Assembly: GCA_000165425.1 (NCBI GenBank)
Contig: CT868050.1
Coordinates: forward strand, 124,001 to 188,000
DNA: 64,000 nt
DNA from: Paramecium tetraurelia
Taxonomy: Eukaryota
Direction: 5' to 3'
The translations under genes and the position numbers were made by a program. The notes beneath the pieces were generated by a model. It ran no database searches. It was not told the origin of the DNA and was given only the letters and a program-made list of their open reading frames with translations. How positions within the stretch are numbered: position 1 is the stretch's first letter; each line of letters starts with the position of its first letter. Shown here piece after piece: positions 26,201-40,324 of this stretch.

Positions 26201-28462
26201 TCAATTATTAGATATATGCATCATGCCCTATTTAATTAATTCTCTCTCTGCTTTCACATATCCAAACAATGCCGATAATACTTATAAGGGTTCTACAGAA
26301 AATCTTATAACTATAAAATATCACTTAATACCTCTGTAAATACTTTTTATATTCTATTTCCTTAACGACTCTCTACAATTCCAAATCTTCGAATTTCTTA
26401 AACAAACCCTCTTTGATTTCAATGTCTTTTTAGATTTATTAGTATTCTCTTATTAATTTTTCTTTGTCTTCTGAAATAAAAGATTACTCTAGGATGACAC
26501 TGGCTTCAGTTTTGAACATTTTTTATATTTTCTTCTGTGCTTCAGTATATATTATATCATTCAAAGTTTATTTACTTTAGAAAATCTACGTAAGAGTTCC
26601 TTGTATGCTCTGTTTTTCATCTCTATTCAATCCTTTAAGTAATAGATTGATTTCTCCACTTGATTTCATTCTCCTATCTCTTAAAGTCTTTCTCTTAATG
26701 TCTTCTGAATCAATTTACGAAAAATGATTTTTAGATAAAATGGATAATATCGAATTGTTTAAATTATCTTATGAGGTTTCTAACCTTCCATGATAACTTC
26801 CAAAAAGTTGATGAGCTCTTATAAACAACTCATTCAATTCAATCATTTTTTTGGCTTTCTAAATTAAAAATTCTCTTCCTTTAGAATCTAAATAAGAAGG
26901 GAAATTATCATCAGATAATTTTTCATTTGTATCCCAAACAGCCTTTACAATCCAGCATAAACCTTATTTTCTACAATCGAGACCAATTTTAAGTAATTCC
27001 AATAGAAATCCTTGAATAGATTTTAATAATTCTTTATTATTTTTGTTTAATTTAGAATTTTCAGTCTCTAATTTTTCAATCTATTTGAAATTGAGCTTAA
27101 TTTGCAATTTGTATTTTTTGTAACTATCTTTCATAGTTTCTAATTGAGTTTCTATTTCATTCTGTTTTCCAACTGTGGCCATGTAAAAATCAACATTAGA
27201 AGACTTCTAAGACTTTTACACTTATGAGTTATTGTTGCTACCAACCTTGCCAAGTTCTTCTTTCAATTATTTTTATAAATCCTCAATGGATCTTAGTCTA
27301 TTGTATATTTCATGATTCTCCATCCTTAAAGTCTCAAGATCACGATCATTTTTATTGACTATTTTTTTTTGTTTCTCCAATTTGGCATTGATCTATTGTA
27401 AAATTGAATTGGTCTATTTTTCATAAAACACAGCTCTCTCATTTGCATTTAAGAAATTAGTCAATTGCATCTTGATCCTTGTATGCAAACTATTCTTCAA
27501 ACCCTCAACAGTGTAATCAAAGATCAAAGTGTCAGTTTGCTTTTCTTCATGCGATTATTTTTGCCTTGCCTATTCTATATTAATTAGTTCTTATGAAGTG
27601 AGGGTAGATCCTTATTAAAGATACTTATCCAATTATTTGACTAGACCCATGTCTTGATGCAACAATTCTGCCTTCTTTAAATTAGATAACTTGGCCAATG
27701 ATCCTTTGACTTTAGCTTAGAATAGATTTTGATTTTCAGTTTATGGAGATTTATCATCGGAGGATTGAGATTGCATCAATTTGGGGAATGCTGGCAGGAT
27801 AGTGGTGCCAGTCCTTTTATCTACAGCTCCTCTTCTAAATGAGGAGATCGATACTGTCTTTTAGAGCTGGGCTATTACCTACTCTATATTAAAACGAATC
27901 GTAAATACTTTCTTTCTCTATCTCCAATTATTTCTTCTCGAACTCTTACTACTTCTTGACCTTCACTTGCTTCCACCATTAATCGAGATTGGCCACCATC
28001 AAGTCATCACTTTCAGGCTTATACTATCTATTTCCCTTAAATTGTTCTTCCTTATGAAGCACAGGTTTCACTTACTAAGTGTTCTCGTCTTCATCTAATT
28101 TTTCATAACTAAAATCAATATGGAGGTTACATTTCTTAAAGTAGCAATTTACCACCAGGTTCATTCACTAACTTACTCCGCAAATTCGACTCCAAATCTG
28201 AGCGTTTTACTTTTTTATGTAGCTTAATGGGTTTCTTTGTGAGATCCTTTGGATTAGTGGTTACAATTTCATTCTAAATATAAATCTGCAATACCATATC
28301 TGGTTGTATAATATCATAGAATTAGATGGAATTCATCTCATCATTCAAGATTTTTTTTTTCATGTCATTCAACACTAACTACTCAATTTAATAATGATTT
28401 TGAGGTCGCACTTTATACTACAGAATCTCTGGAGCTGACTAAGAATTTTGCTTTTTAGACAT
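26201..28462 (-). CDS. Ciliate-family coiled-coil protein of unknown function
   Basis: Open frame with 3 tiny introns; block LLKIGLDCRKQGLCWIVKAVW...FPSYLD; C-terminus FSVEPLQVLSALFGYVKAERE. Confidence 0.75.
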
Positions 28463-28481
28463 TAAATATATTTATAATATT

Positions 28482-29636
28482 TCATTAATTTAATTTGAGC
28501 AAAACCCAATTCTTTTATCTGTCCTCTACTCTTTTCAGTATCAAAACCAAATATTTTGTAGGCAACATCAATCTCTTACGTTCCCCCTTACTTTGCAATT
28601 TGCTGAACCCCCATCTCCAATGTATTTTCTTAAAAACCTTCTCCAAATCCTAAAACCCATATGAAAAAGATCTAAATTTCCTCCTCTACCTCAATGAGTG
28701 CAATTATAATATTTTAATGCTTTATTTCTATAGCTTATTTTGAAATTATTACAATAACTCAAATATAATCGGAGATCTTTCTGTCACTGATTGAATTTGC
28801 TTAAATGAAAATTGAATTTACTTTTTGAATACGTTCTATAAACACCTTTGCAAATGCAAATCTTTATAGATCCTATTCAAACATTGTCCATATTCAAATA
28901 ATTTAATATTTCCGAACCTTATCAATCGGCTTAACCCCTCCTTTCTTCTAATTTAACACTTCATTCTATCGAAGTATTGCCCTAATTTATTGTTGTAAAT
29001 CCTCTTTATCTTAGAACCAAAGTGATCAAAAAATATCAATAGTTAGGTTTGTTGAGACCAATACTTCATGTACACTTGCATCAATAGTTCCTCCTATTTC
29101 CTCTTATTTATGAGTATCTTTCTCAACTGCTCTCTCTTTGCATATTGCAATCTCTAATTCACTTATGTTAAATTCCTTTGAAGTATAAAATATTTGATTT
29201 CCTAAAATGAAATAATCAACTTCTTCGTCCTAATGTTTTAAAGCACTATAAACAAAAGAATTGGAGCATTAATCTGTTACATACTCTCAAAATCAATGAT
29301 ACTCTCCTGTTTGATACTTAAGTTAGCAAAAGAAATCTTGAAACCTTCTCCCACATCTGAGTTCTCACTGACTCCCAAAGAACACACTTCGTCGAACATA
29401 TTTCTCTCAAAAACCATCGATTCTTTAATCCTAATCAACTCCCTCAAGTTCCTAATGATAGGTTTTCGAAGGGCTTCTAAAAGTAATTTTGCGGCATTCT
29501 CTTAAGAGATTGTATTTGGGTTACAATTCTCCTTGTTCTTTCTAAGCATTTTACTCTAAAGAAATTTATGAGAGAGATTCTTTATCTATTTATTTGCTTT
29601 GCTGAAATCAATAGTCTGAATTGATTACAATTTCAT
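28482..29636 (-). CDS. Hypothetical basic helical protein (384 aa, intronless)
   Basis: ATG 29636 MKLQSIQTIDFSK to TGA 28482-28484, 385 codons; K/R/W/F-rich helical segments. Confidence 0.7.
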
Positions 29637-30323
29637 TTTTTTATATTTAAATTATATAACGTTAAACATACTGTTAATTTTGAAATGTTGTATCACTTAT
29701 CCAAATCAATTTAATGAAGTTAATATGAGAGATGGTTAAATTAAATTAGGGTGAATCAGTTTAAAGATTGTAAACTATGTTTTAATATATTTTGAAAATC
29801 AATTCATTATTTTATAACTCTTTTATTGGCAATCTAACTGGTTTTGGAAGAAATTTATGTGATATTACTAAGAACTCCTAAGACTCAACAAATTTTAATG
29901 CTACGACTTTAAATATTTCAATTCCTAAATTAGAGGTGAAACTTATTATTTTCAATTTTCCTTAAAATCATTGTAGGTTTTTGTAGGAGTCCTTTACCTA
30001 TGTTAATTTTATGGGTTCTGCTAATAAAAATGAGAATTAAAGATTAGCCTTATTAAATAATAATATATCAAAATTAACTTTATTCAGTCAATAATGTTAT
30101 ATTTAGTATTTTTTGCATTATATTTTTAATTACTCTTAATCTTATTTAAGAATAAGTCATTTTAAATTATTTAATTATATATTTTAATATCATCATGATT
30201 TGGACATTTTGAGTTTAGAATCAAAATTTAATATGATAGTCTTTTGTTATTTAATAATGAAAATAACACCAAGAGATTTTTTATTCTTAATATGAAATGT
30301 ATTTAAAAAGCAAAAATTAATAA

Positions 30324-33300
30324 TCATAATACAGTTTTGGATCTTCTTCTTTTGAGCAAAAAGCTAAATAAAATAATCTCACAAACTATAATGATACATA
30401 ATTAGATTTAAAAAATATTTTCTTCATTCTCATTCTTTAAATCAATTTAAAATTCAAGTTGGGATAGCGAATTTTTAAAAGTCAAGTTAAATGATTTGGT
30501 TTAGTATTGATCAATTTTAATCTTATATGAATCAACTTAATAAACTGTATGATCTTAAGAATCATCATCTTCTACCACTATTAAGTGAGATTCATTATAT
30601 TTATGAACCAAGGAAATATTTTTACTTAAGATATATATCTCATTTATCAAATTGAATTCACTTATATTATACACATTAATCCTTTAAGAGTGATTCTTAA
30701 TATCATTATATGAAATAATTAATATTTAATTGTTTTACATTAATAAAATTTGTTAATTCATTGTAGTTGCAGAAACTCTTATTAATCCATTTCTCTCGAT
30801 AGTCGTACTTTCATTGTTAAAGCTTAACTCCAATACTTAAATGAAAGTTGGTCTTGAAAATAGAATTATTTGAGCATAATATTAATTATCATCTTTCTAT
30901 TCCATGAATAAAATTTCAAATTTACTTTAGAACGCTACAGAATCATAAATAAATTCATTTATAGGTACGATTACTTAAAAATGCACTTGATTAACAATAT
31001 CATATATGATAAATTCAATTGTTTCATTTTATATTATCCTTTCATGAATAGCAACAAAATTTGAATTAACTATTTAATTTACTTGGCAATAGTTACAATC
31101 ATATGAGTTTATTAAAGTAAGTGTATTATTTTGAATTTCATAAAAGGAAAGTAACAATTAGAAACTAATTACGCAATATTAATTAGCTATTGAAATATTG
31201 ATTATATAATGCCTTTCATCGTGGATCAATGTAAAATTAGCAATACTCTCTAAATTAGTCTTTAAATACAATTCGACGAATTAATCGCTTCCTTGCTGAT
31301 ACCACACTATAAAATAAAGTTCTGAACTAATTGTTCTAAAGTCAATTTTTTATTGTAAATCAAACGCTTTATAATATGATGGAGCTCCATATATATTAGA
31401 GATAGTTAGTGATTAATTATTTTCATTAATACAAACAGCATTATCAACCCTTTTGCATTTCCTCCTTTTAATAGAATCAATTTAAACCAATGGAAATACT
31501 AACTCATATGCGTTTATGGATATAGTTTCAATAGGTCCAATAACAAATCTTCTTGGATCAAATAAAATAAATTGCTAAAATATATGATATTGGAATTGCT
31601 AAACTTCAGTGGAAATAGATTTTAGTTACTGGAAACCATTTATTAGTTTAAACTAAATATAATGTAATTGAGAATGATTTTGATCGAGTTTATCAATAAG
31701 CAGAATAGGCGCATTAATTTGTTTTATAAAATCAGTAAAAATATTTATTCTACATTATAGAGATATTTCTAAAATTGTTAATCTTTTCAATTATTGCTAT
31801 TGGAAGAAAAATATTTCATTATATGATGCCTATGTGAAAGTAAAATTGTCAACTTTGATAATATCAATTAAATTGCTCCTATATAAATGTGTGAGGCTAT
31901 ATACAGCGAGTACTGAATTATTTTAAGAATCAAAAGCAGCAATTATAAGAAAAAAACTATTTATGCTATGCTTCAACGGGTAAGCGTAATTTAAATTTTC
32001 ATTGAATATTTATGTTATGGGAATCAATTGGAAATTAAAATACGAATAAAGAATAGCGAGAGTTTTATTTCCTATGGTTGAAATCACTAAAAATGAATTT
32101 TTATTAAAGTAAAATTAATGCAAACTATGAATAGTTTGGTTTTAATATCTAATAGTATTTGTAAGATTTTCGCTTTTGAAAATGAAAACTTGACGTGAAA
32201 AATCTATCTCCAAAAAGTCTGAATAAATTATCCTCTCTTAAATACATTAGCCATTTGAATTTAATTTATAGATTTATTATTCAATAATCTTTTCATTGGA
32301 TAATATTAAATAACTCACACAAGATTTTAAAACGATTTAATGACCAAGGTTTTGATAACTAATGTTAATGACTTCATCTTTAAATTCATAGATACCTTTC
32401 CATAAAGTAGGTCTTCTCAAATTTAACCTTAAAACTTTCTTCCTTTAATTAGTCAACAGAAAGACATCACTGTTAAATACATAAACATTTTCTTTTTCGA
32501 TTTCTCCAAAATACCCTAAATTAAGATTTGTATTTTAGTAGCACATTATTACTATTATTTATAAACTTTATTTTAGTTAAATAACTTTTACAACCTAGCG
32601 ATTCTAAAATACATCAACCTGCCATAAAATCTCGAGTTTTTATTCATTTAAACAATCTTGCATAACCTCATATTATTATTCTTCACAATAAATAGCATCA
32701 TTTTTTAAGAATTAGATATTAAATGGCAGAAAATCACTTTTGAATTCTTACGGCTAAAAAGTAAACTAAAAACTTTCTTCTTCAATTACCTTTTTGATAG
32801 ATAGGAGTCGTAATCCATACATCGAAAAATCGTTAAATATTATTTCCATTTAAAGAAATTCAGCGTTTTAAAATAAATTGCTTGAGGCCAAATCTACAAG
32901 TGTTTAATTTGAATAATCGTTGCAATTAAAAAAGGGAGAATACTCATTTTTCTTAAAGACAATAAATTGATTATTTTATTTACCTATAAAAAATGGATAA
33001 AATGAAATGGTTTGAATTGATTATAATTAAACCTGGAATATATATATCATATCTTCTCTAACAATGCATTCAAGATGTGATTCACTAATTAAAACAATGG
33101 AATCTGAAAACATTAGAATTTATCTAGGTTTTATATATTTTGTAATTATTATGAACGTACTTAAATTTTGCTCAACCATTCTTTAAATGCTACTTTTCTA
33201 TTCATAAATTGATTGTAAAACAATTACTTATCTTCCAAGCTTAATTTCGAAATCTAAAATTGTAGATTCATAATTTTAATAGATCTTATTGTAAGTCTAC

Positions 33301-34085
33301 CCCTAAAATGAAACAATCCAATGATCAAATTGGAAAAAGTAATTATTATCAAAAGTAACTTTCCTTAATATTAGTTAGTCAATAAAATAGTGATTGTTTA
33401 CAAACAATCTAAAATTTAGAGCACCATCATTGTTAAATTCTATCATAAATATTTCCCAATTCAAACAATTCAAAAATATAACTAAGAATTAAGAAGAATT
33501 TTCATTAAAATATACATCAAATTAGCATTTTGACTATTTTTTTACATCAAAGGACTATTGTATTTGAACTGTTGATTCATTAATTTTGATTATGTTAATT
33601 TAATAATTCTCAATTTATTCGCAACAAATAATGAACTTTTATTTAATTAGATAATAGACATGAGTGATCTTATCACAATTTTCAATATTAAATTTTAGTG
33701 AATAGATTAACTCCATTTGAACATTATACTCCTTAGAATCAAAAATGCTTAACCTTAGCTCCTTCATTTACAATAAATAACGTTTTTCTCTTTGATAAAT
33801 TTAAATTAATCTATATTCCTAAATGCTTGAGAAAATTAATATATAATCATCTTCCTATAACAATTCTTCATCAAAAGAAATAATTTATTCTAAAAATTAT
33901 GGATTTTCTTTATATACATAATCAGATTTCTCATTACTTTAAAAAATTATAGGAAAGAATTTAGTTTAGAATTCTTGAATCTAATTTTTATTGCAAAAAA
34001 CCTTCGGTTTATCACAGCTAATTTCAGGCAACATTAGTAGAGTAAGAAGATAAGGAGTGATAAATTAGAGAATAATCGATTTCAT
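30324..34085 (-). CDS. Large (~1250 aa) single-pass type I membrane protein
   Basis: Signal-like MKSIILQFITPYLLTLLMLPEISC and C-terminal TM LCIIIVCEIILFSFLL followed by KRRR; length 3762 nt in one frame (ends checked, middle spot-checked). Confidence 0.7.
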
Positions 34086-34771
34086 AAATTAATATTATTT
34101 TAAATATAAATAATATCGCTATGAATTTACATCAATTTAAAAAAAATCATTCAAATATTCTAATCACTATTCAATTATTAAATCTACGTATATCCACAAA
34201 CATGATCTTATTTTGTACAAGGAAACTCTTTAATTAAAAATATGCTTCATTAATATATTTATTATTGACTATGATTTAAAAGCAAAATTAATTAATGTTG
34301 CACTTTTTATAGAAAATTTTAATTAAAAGGAATTAATATCAAATTAATTTATGGGCATATTTGGTTAATAATATGAATCCTGAATTTGAGCTATTTTAAT
34401 TCTATTTTTATATATGTTTAATATTCTGAATAGAATTTAGTTGGCAGAAAACTCTATTAATATTAACGGTAATATGTCTATAATATTAAACATTTAATCA
34501 TTATTAAACTGAGGAAAGCATATGTGTTATTAAACTAATATAATTTAACAAAATTTGAATTTTATTAATTACTCAAATCTTTTAATAATAACTGTATATA
34601 TTCATTTAAAAGTATTTCTTTTTTATGAATACTTTTCCAAACTTATTACAATATATAAAATACTAGTTAATTGAAAATTTAATTCCCAAAAAACTTATAT
34701 TAATTAAGTATAATATTGACAAAGGAAATGATAATTATTTTAAAAACTAATTTTAATCTCTCAATAAAATC

Positions 34772-36092
34772 TCAAGCACAAACAGTTGTCCAAGTCTTGT
34801 AAGCCAAGATACATTATGCTCTTTTTTTGTCACCTTATGATGCATCATAGTTAACATGGGCTATAAAATAATTTTATCCTTTTCCATCAGAAGGAACAGG
34901 AGAGGGTGAATAAGTTCCAGTATTTGTACATGTTCTTGAAGCAGGTACACAAGTAAAGACAACACCAGTGTCTACAATAGTTTGGGTGTCATCGCTTATT
35001 TTAAATAATTTAACTTGTGAATCGGTGATAGTTAGAGTAGTATCTGACCAATAATAAGTAAATTTAAGTGAAGCAAATAAATTATCATAGTTATTTTCTG
35101 TAGGTGAATAGGCGACAGTACTTCCGAGGAATGGGCGAATGCAAAAAACATCAGTATAAGCTTTAATAATTCCAAATTACTCTGGTGCATAGGAATAAAC
35201 CATCACATAGCCTTTATCAGTATAGCTGTAAGCACTCCAATCAATGGTCAAAGTATGTAATTGACCTGAAATTTTGAGGGAGTTTCTAAAATAAGGAATG
35301 ATAGCAAAGTTGATAAAATAATAGTTGGTCTGATAATAATTGGGTTGAAATGTCGTCATTCTAGTTAAAGCAACAAGAGCTAAACTCCAAATCTTAGGCA
35401 GAATTGCATTTCTAAGAGCAATAGTAGACCTATGAATGACAGTCCAATCCCTGAGTAATTATAGGGATTGGTAGACTGTTCTCTCTAAGTAGAAGGGGTG
35501 AGATCTTGATTACGAAAGTAGAACATCTCGAGTTGCTGTCTCTAAATATTTATTTAAGATAGCAAGAAGTTTGCTTTGGAAATTGGCCTCAGTTGTTTCC
35601 TGAGAAACAATCCAAGGGTTGATTGTATACAATTTAAACATTTCTTTGACACTGGTAGCAACATTCAAAGATGCCATAGGAATTGGAGTGGCATCATTGG
35701 TTTAATCGACAAATCCATCAAAATTCATAGTGAATCTTACGAAGGCATAGTTCATTTTTCCAAAATTCTTATCACAGCAAACATTGTCATATTAAAGACT
35801 AAATGTCTCCAAGGAATCACACTCTGTATTTGCACCGCCTGTTTATAATGATCCTCCTGTTCGACAGGCTGCTACTTCATCAATAAGATAGCAAGGTAGG
35901 GTTACACAAGCAGGAGTACCTAGAGTACTAATTTAATACTGTCACAATTTACCTATCCCAAAAGCACCAGCCTTTACCATTAATCGCATCTGATCCACAA
36001 GTTGCCTATGTTGTTAATGCTGAACAGGTATTTTATCCAACATATGTTTAGGCATACGTAGTTATTAAGAAGACAAAAATTAATGAGATCAT
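34772..36092 (-). CDS. Secreted Cys-containing protein, tandem paralog B
   Basis: Signal MISLIFVFLITTYA; motifs CYLIDEVAACR, HPFYLE, YQTNYYFINFA, FGIIKAYTDV; one 25-nt intron; no TM. Confidence 0.8.
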
Positions 36093-36104
36093 AATTTTAT
36101 TAAT

Positions 36105-37193
36105 TCATTTCTATATATAAAAAATAAATTAAGAATCTGTTAAAGGTGACGGAAGGATAAATTTACAAGTTCTTTCTACATCATCGCATATTGTTGATGT
36201 TATTGAGGAGGATTTTATATGAGGAATCTAGGATTTATCAGCTATGAAGTGTAATTGTCTTGGACTATTAGTCATGGTTCCTGAGGTTTGAGTGTAGACT
36301 ATTTCCATATTCTCAATATTAACAAAATTGGATCCATCTTAAGCAATTACATTCACATAAACAACATCTGTCAAGGCATCAGTGATGCCAAAGAATTTCG
36401 GAGTGTAAGATATTGCCTACACGAAACCATTCCTTTCATATTTGACCCAAGTCAACGAGGTGGTGTGATCTTGTCCCTCAATTGAAATATACAATCTGGA
36501 GAATGTTGTTTAAGCAAAATTCAAAAAGTAGTAGTTTGTTTGATAATGCTTACTGTAAATTGCCATCTTCTTCTAATAAACCGAAGCAACACCCCAGAAC
36601 TTGATTAATGTATTTTATTTTTCGGGTGTACTTAAAGTAGTGGTGTCATCTCTTAAATTTTGTAGGGTTTAGAACAAGCACTTCTCCAAATAAAAGGGGT
36701 GCACTGTAATGTTCAGAAAGGCACTCTCGTATTCTTTATATAAGTCCAATATATCTTATAATTCTTTATTTTGAGCCACTTGAATATTCACAGTCAGAAT
36801 TTGATATAGAAAATTCATTTGTGGTTTGGCAATCTTTAACTAAGCCACAGTCAACCCAGAAATTGAGTATGTTGCATAACCAGTTGTCACTATGGGGTAT
36901 CTAACATAATTAAAGTCTATAGTAGCACTTGTTCCACACACGTTCTTATATTCAATGCTCACCAAATCCAAAGGCACACAAAGAGTCTAATATTTTCCAT
37001 TAACTCGACAAGACCCTATCTCATCAATCCTGTAGCAATCTTGACTTTACGTGTAAAGGCCACAAGAAGACCCACTCCATTTACAATACCCAGAGCTTAA
37101 GCAATCAGCTTCTGCAGTATAAACGTTACATTCTCCTGTTCCCGGCGCCGGTGTACTATAAACATAGCCTACTAAAAACAAAATCAATATCAT
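36105..37193 (-). CDS. Secreted Cys-containing protein, tandem paralog A (362 aa, intronless)
   Basis: Signal MILILFLVGYVYS; motifs CYRIDEIGSCR, HPFYLE, YQTNYYFLNFA, FGITDALTDV. Confidence 0.8.
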
Positions 37194-37956
37194 AAAGAAA
37201 TTATATTTATAAATTCAAGGTTTATTATTCAGGCAGCTTGAGCATCCCCATACTCGTTGAGACTATTAAATAAGGATCAATTTCAACTATAAATTCAACA
37301 TATCCTAAATGCGCAACTGTTTAACACTTTTCCTATTAAGCATTTGTTAATGACTATTAATAGATACGTTTTATAGGTAATATTTACTTATTAATATACT
37401 TTTAAATTGAAAATACTTAGGAGAGAAAATATAATATATATATATTTGAATCTATTAATCAAATACACAAAACTCTCGATACAGACTTTTATTATCTAAT
37501 ACTATAATATAATAATTAATCCTCTAATTTGTTTAGCCTTTAGAATAAGTTATTAACTTTATAAGGTTCTTTTTGAATAAATAAAATAGTAGCAATATTT
37601 ATTAAAATGAACTAAAATATTAATAGTATACTTAATACCCTGTGAATATACTAAAATATTGTATAAATTGTTATAATAGATTTGACAATTAGACTGCATT
37701 TTATAAGCTATTCAAATTCTTTAATAAGTTAAGTCTTTTTATATATAGTTTATAGTTCTATTTACATATTATAATGAATAAATTATTTACAGATTTTAGC
37801 AGGCATTCAATTGATATCTTATATTCGCATCAAATTAAACTAAGTTTTAAGTAATTTGATCATCCATATTTTTGTCATATCTCTTATAGAATTTATCATT
37901 TATAGAAGCGTATTAGATAAAACAATAATTAACATAATTAACATAACCGTAAAAAT

Positions 37957-40324
37957 TCATTTAACTACATTTTCAAATTGATTGCTTGGGAAGTTGCTTT
38001 ATCGAATTTTGTTGAGATTGAATCTTTTTTTGGTAGTCGAATTCGTAATTTGTGATCCAGCCTAAGATTACTAAGATGCCAATCTTGGAGACCAAAACTA
38101 AGAATGTTAATGAGGTTTTTCGGGAGATTTCATTTATGATAAGAGAATGCTTCTCCCCATATCTTACAGTGGCAATTCAGAAGCCGATACTCCCCTCTTT
38201 CTATCGTCGGTTTGATTCTTTGGTCTAGTAATACTAACAGTCAATCTTGTATATCGATCTTGACTAACATAAATAAATAGATAGTTATACATTGTAGACT
38301 AAACATCATTATCGCCAAGGCTAAAGATTTATTAGACATTGCCAATAGAGAATTGCCTCTACTTTTAAAATGGTTTTCTCCATTCAGATTGTCTAACTTG
38401 CTCTATGAATCCATTAATGGTTTGTCTTTGATTTAAGGAAGATTGCTAAGAATTGGTAGGATTGTTGTCTGTTGGAATAGTATCCCTTTAATATTTCTCT
38501 AATTGAACTCTGCATCTTTAGCATCCCTTCATGTAACCTAATCTGTATTATTCATGAGCCTTCTTTAAGTTTTTCTCCACTTGAACTCCCTTTTCGTAAA
38601 CCTTTCCTCTCATGTAATAGGTAATGGTCCAATCCTTATTATTTTCCTCAATTTGATCAAGCAAGGAGAGGAAATCATCAATCGCCACTTCAACTTTAGT
38701 TAAAGCTTAAAATCTCAAACTGAGTAACTTCTAAGCACATTTTAGATCCCCCTTCAAACATCCCTATTCAAAAATCAAATCAGCCATCACTTAATTCGAT
38801 TCAACCTCATCTTGTAATCCCTATTACAGAAGCAAACCTAAATCATAAAAGGCAGGTAAATAATCTTGATTTTTGGCCTAATTCAAAAGTGGCTAGATCA
38901 ATTAGCTTCTATTCTAGAAGACTTTAAATAAATAAAATACTTTGTATAGTGGTTATTTGCACATGGTTTGATAAAGAAGAGCCAATTTGTGCATGGCTTT
39001 TGTAGAATTCTTATTTTTGGCCTACTTGTAATAGAATTCAGCATTTGAGTAATCTTTCTCTAAGGTATCTAATGTATTATTATTAATATTCTACAATCCT
39101 ATAATTGAAGTCCATTGCTGTAAAGATCTCCCAAATAGATCATGGATTCCAAGTGATCTAATTCTGCAGCTCTTTTAAGGAGAGTCAAGGCAAAATTGCA
39201 ATCATAATTCCGATTATATGCATCACTGCTGGCTATAGTGTGATTGCTTTCCTTATCAGAGAACTTATCAAATACTCTTCCTTCCTTAAATGATTAGCAT
39301 AATAAATACCAAAACCAATTTCGATGTGTGATACAAACTGAATGTGTTCCTTTAATCTGCACTCTTTTTAAAGTAACTGAAAGCCTAGAATAAACTAATA
39401 ATTAGAATGTACTTAATCATAATCTTTTGGACCTGTAATTCCTTCTAAACAAATTTATCCCATTATTGCTTATGCTGTTGCATTATTTTCCTCTGCTAAT
39501 TTGGTGTACAATTACAGAGCTGCTATCTAGTCCTTCTCTCTGCCAAGTCCTGCAAATAATTCGTGTGCATTTCTTAATCTATGATCAACTTGAGGTTAGG
39601 CCTTTGAAGATTAAATAGAAGCAGCTTAGTATTTTTGCTAGAGCCTTTGCGAGGTCTATTTAAAATCAAACCTCTGGATCAAAGTTTCCACCCATTGATC
39701 CAAAAACTATGAAATTTCAGAAGATATAGTTTCCTTATTTATAGTTATAGTTCTATTTTCTAGAGTAGGTAATTATTCCCAAAAGAAACCCAATTAATCC
39801 AATTATCTGATATATTTATCGTATTGTTTGAAAGAGGCATCTTTGCCGCATAATTAGACTTTATCAACCTACTAACAAGCCTCAAATGCCTCTTAAATTG
39901 TACGTATCGTATCCCTTGCTAAATAGTGCAATTGTTAATTGATTTTAATACTAACCTTGTATTACTGTGTGCTGTAACTTTTCAGTATTTGAGACATTTT
40001 AGTGAAAACCTAATTAGAAAATGCTTTTCTAGGTTAATCAATATTGGAACTCATTGAGACCTACGACTTCATGTCAGCTAAAATATATATTTCTATCTAC
40101 ATATCTATTAATGAGCAATCACGTATTTGAACCCATCGTAGAATTGCTAATCTCCCTCAATTGGCTGCTATCAATACAAACATACATACCTAGTTTGAGT
40201 TCGACATTAACAGTTGCACTTGCTCTATAATCTTTTGCAGCAATTTGTCTTTATGCAGAAGCATTTTCTCATCCCCAATCTCCGTTGATATGCGAGAGGA
40301 ATGAATAAATTGTTATTAATTCAT
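37957..40324 (-). CDS. Sel1-like repeat protein
   Basis: GLGREKDQIAALQLYTKLAE, AQAIMGQICLEG, AFSYFKKSADQ, SMIYLGDLYSNG, GVQVEKNLKKA; ~7 tiny introns. Confidence 0.8.

Noticed and set aside
26201..29636. Adjacent gasdermin-like or other substrate gene for the CHAT protease
   Set aside because: The neighbours are helical/coiled-coil proteins and a mitochondrial subunit with no beta-rich pore-forming signature, and eukaryotic neighbours need not be functionally linked.
37200..37370. GC-rich patch upstream of paralog A as an ncRNA or a 42-codon minus-strand ORF
   Set aside because: No snRNA, tRNA or telomerase-template signature and no motif in the short ORF.
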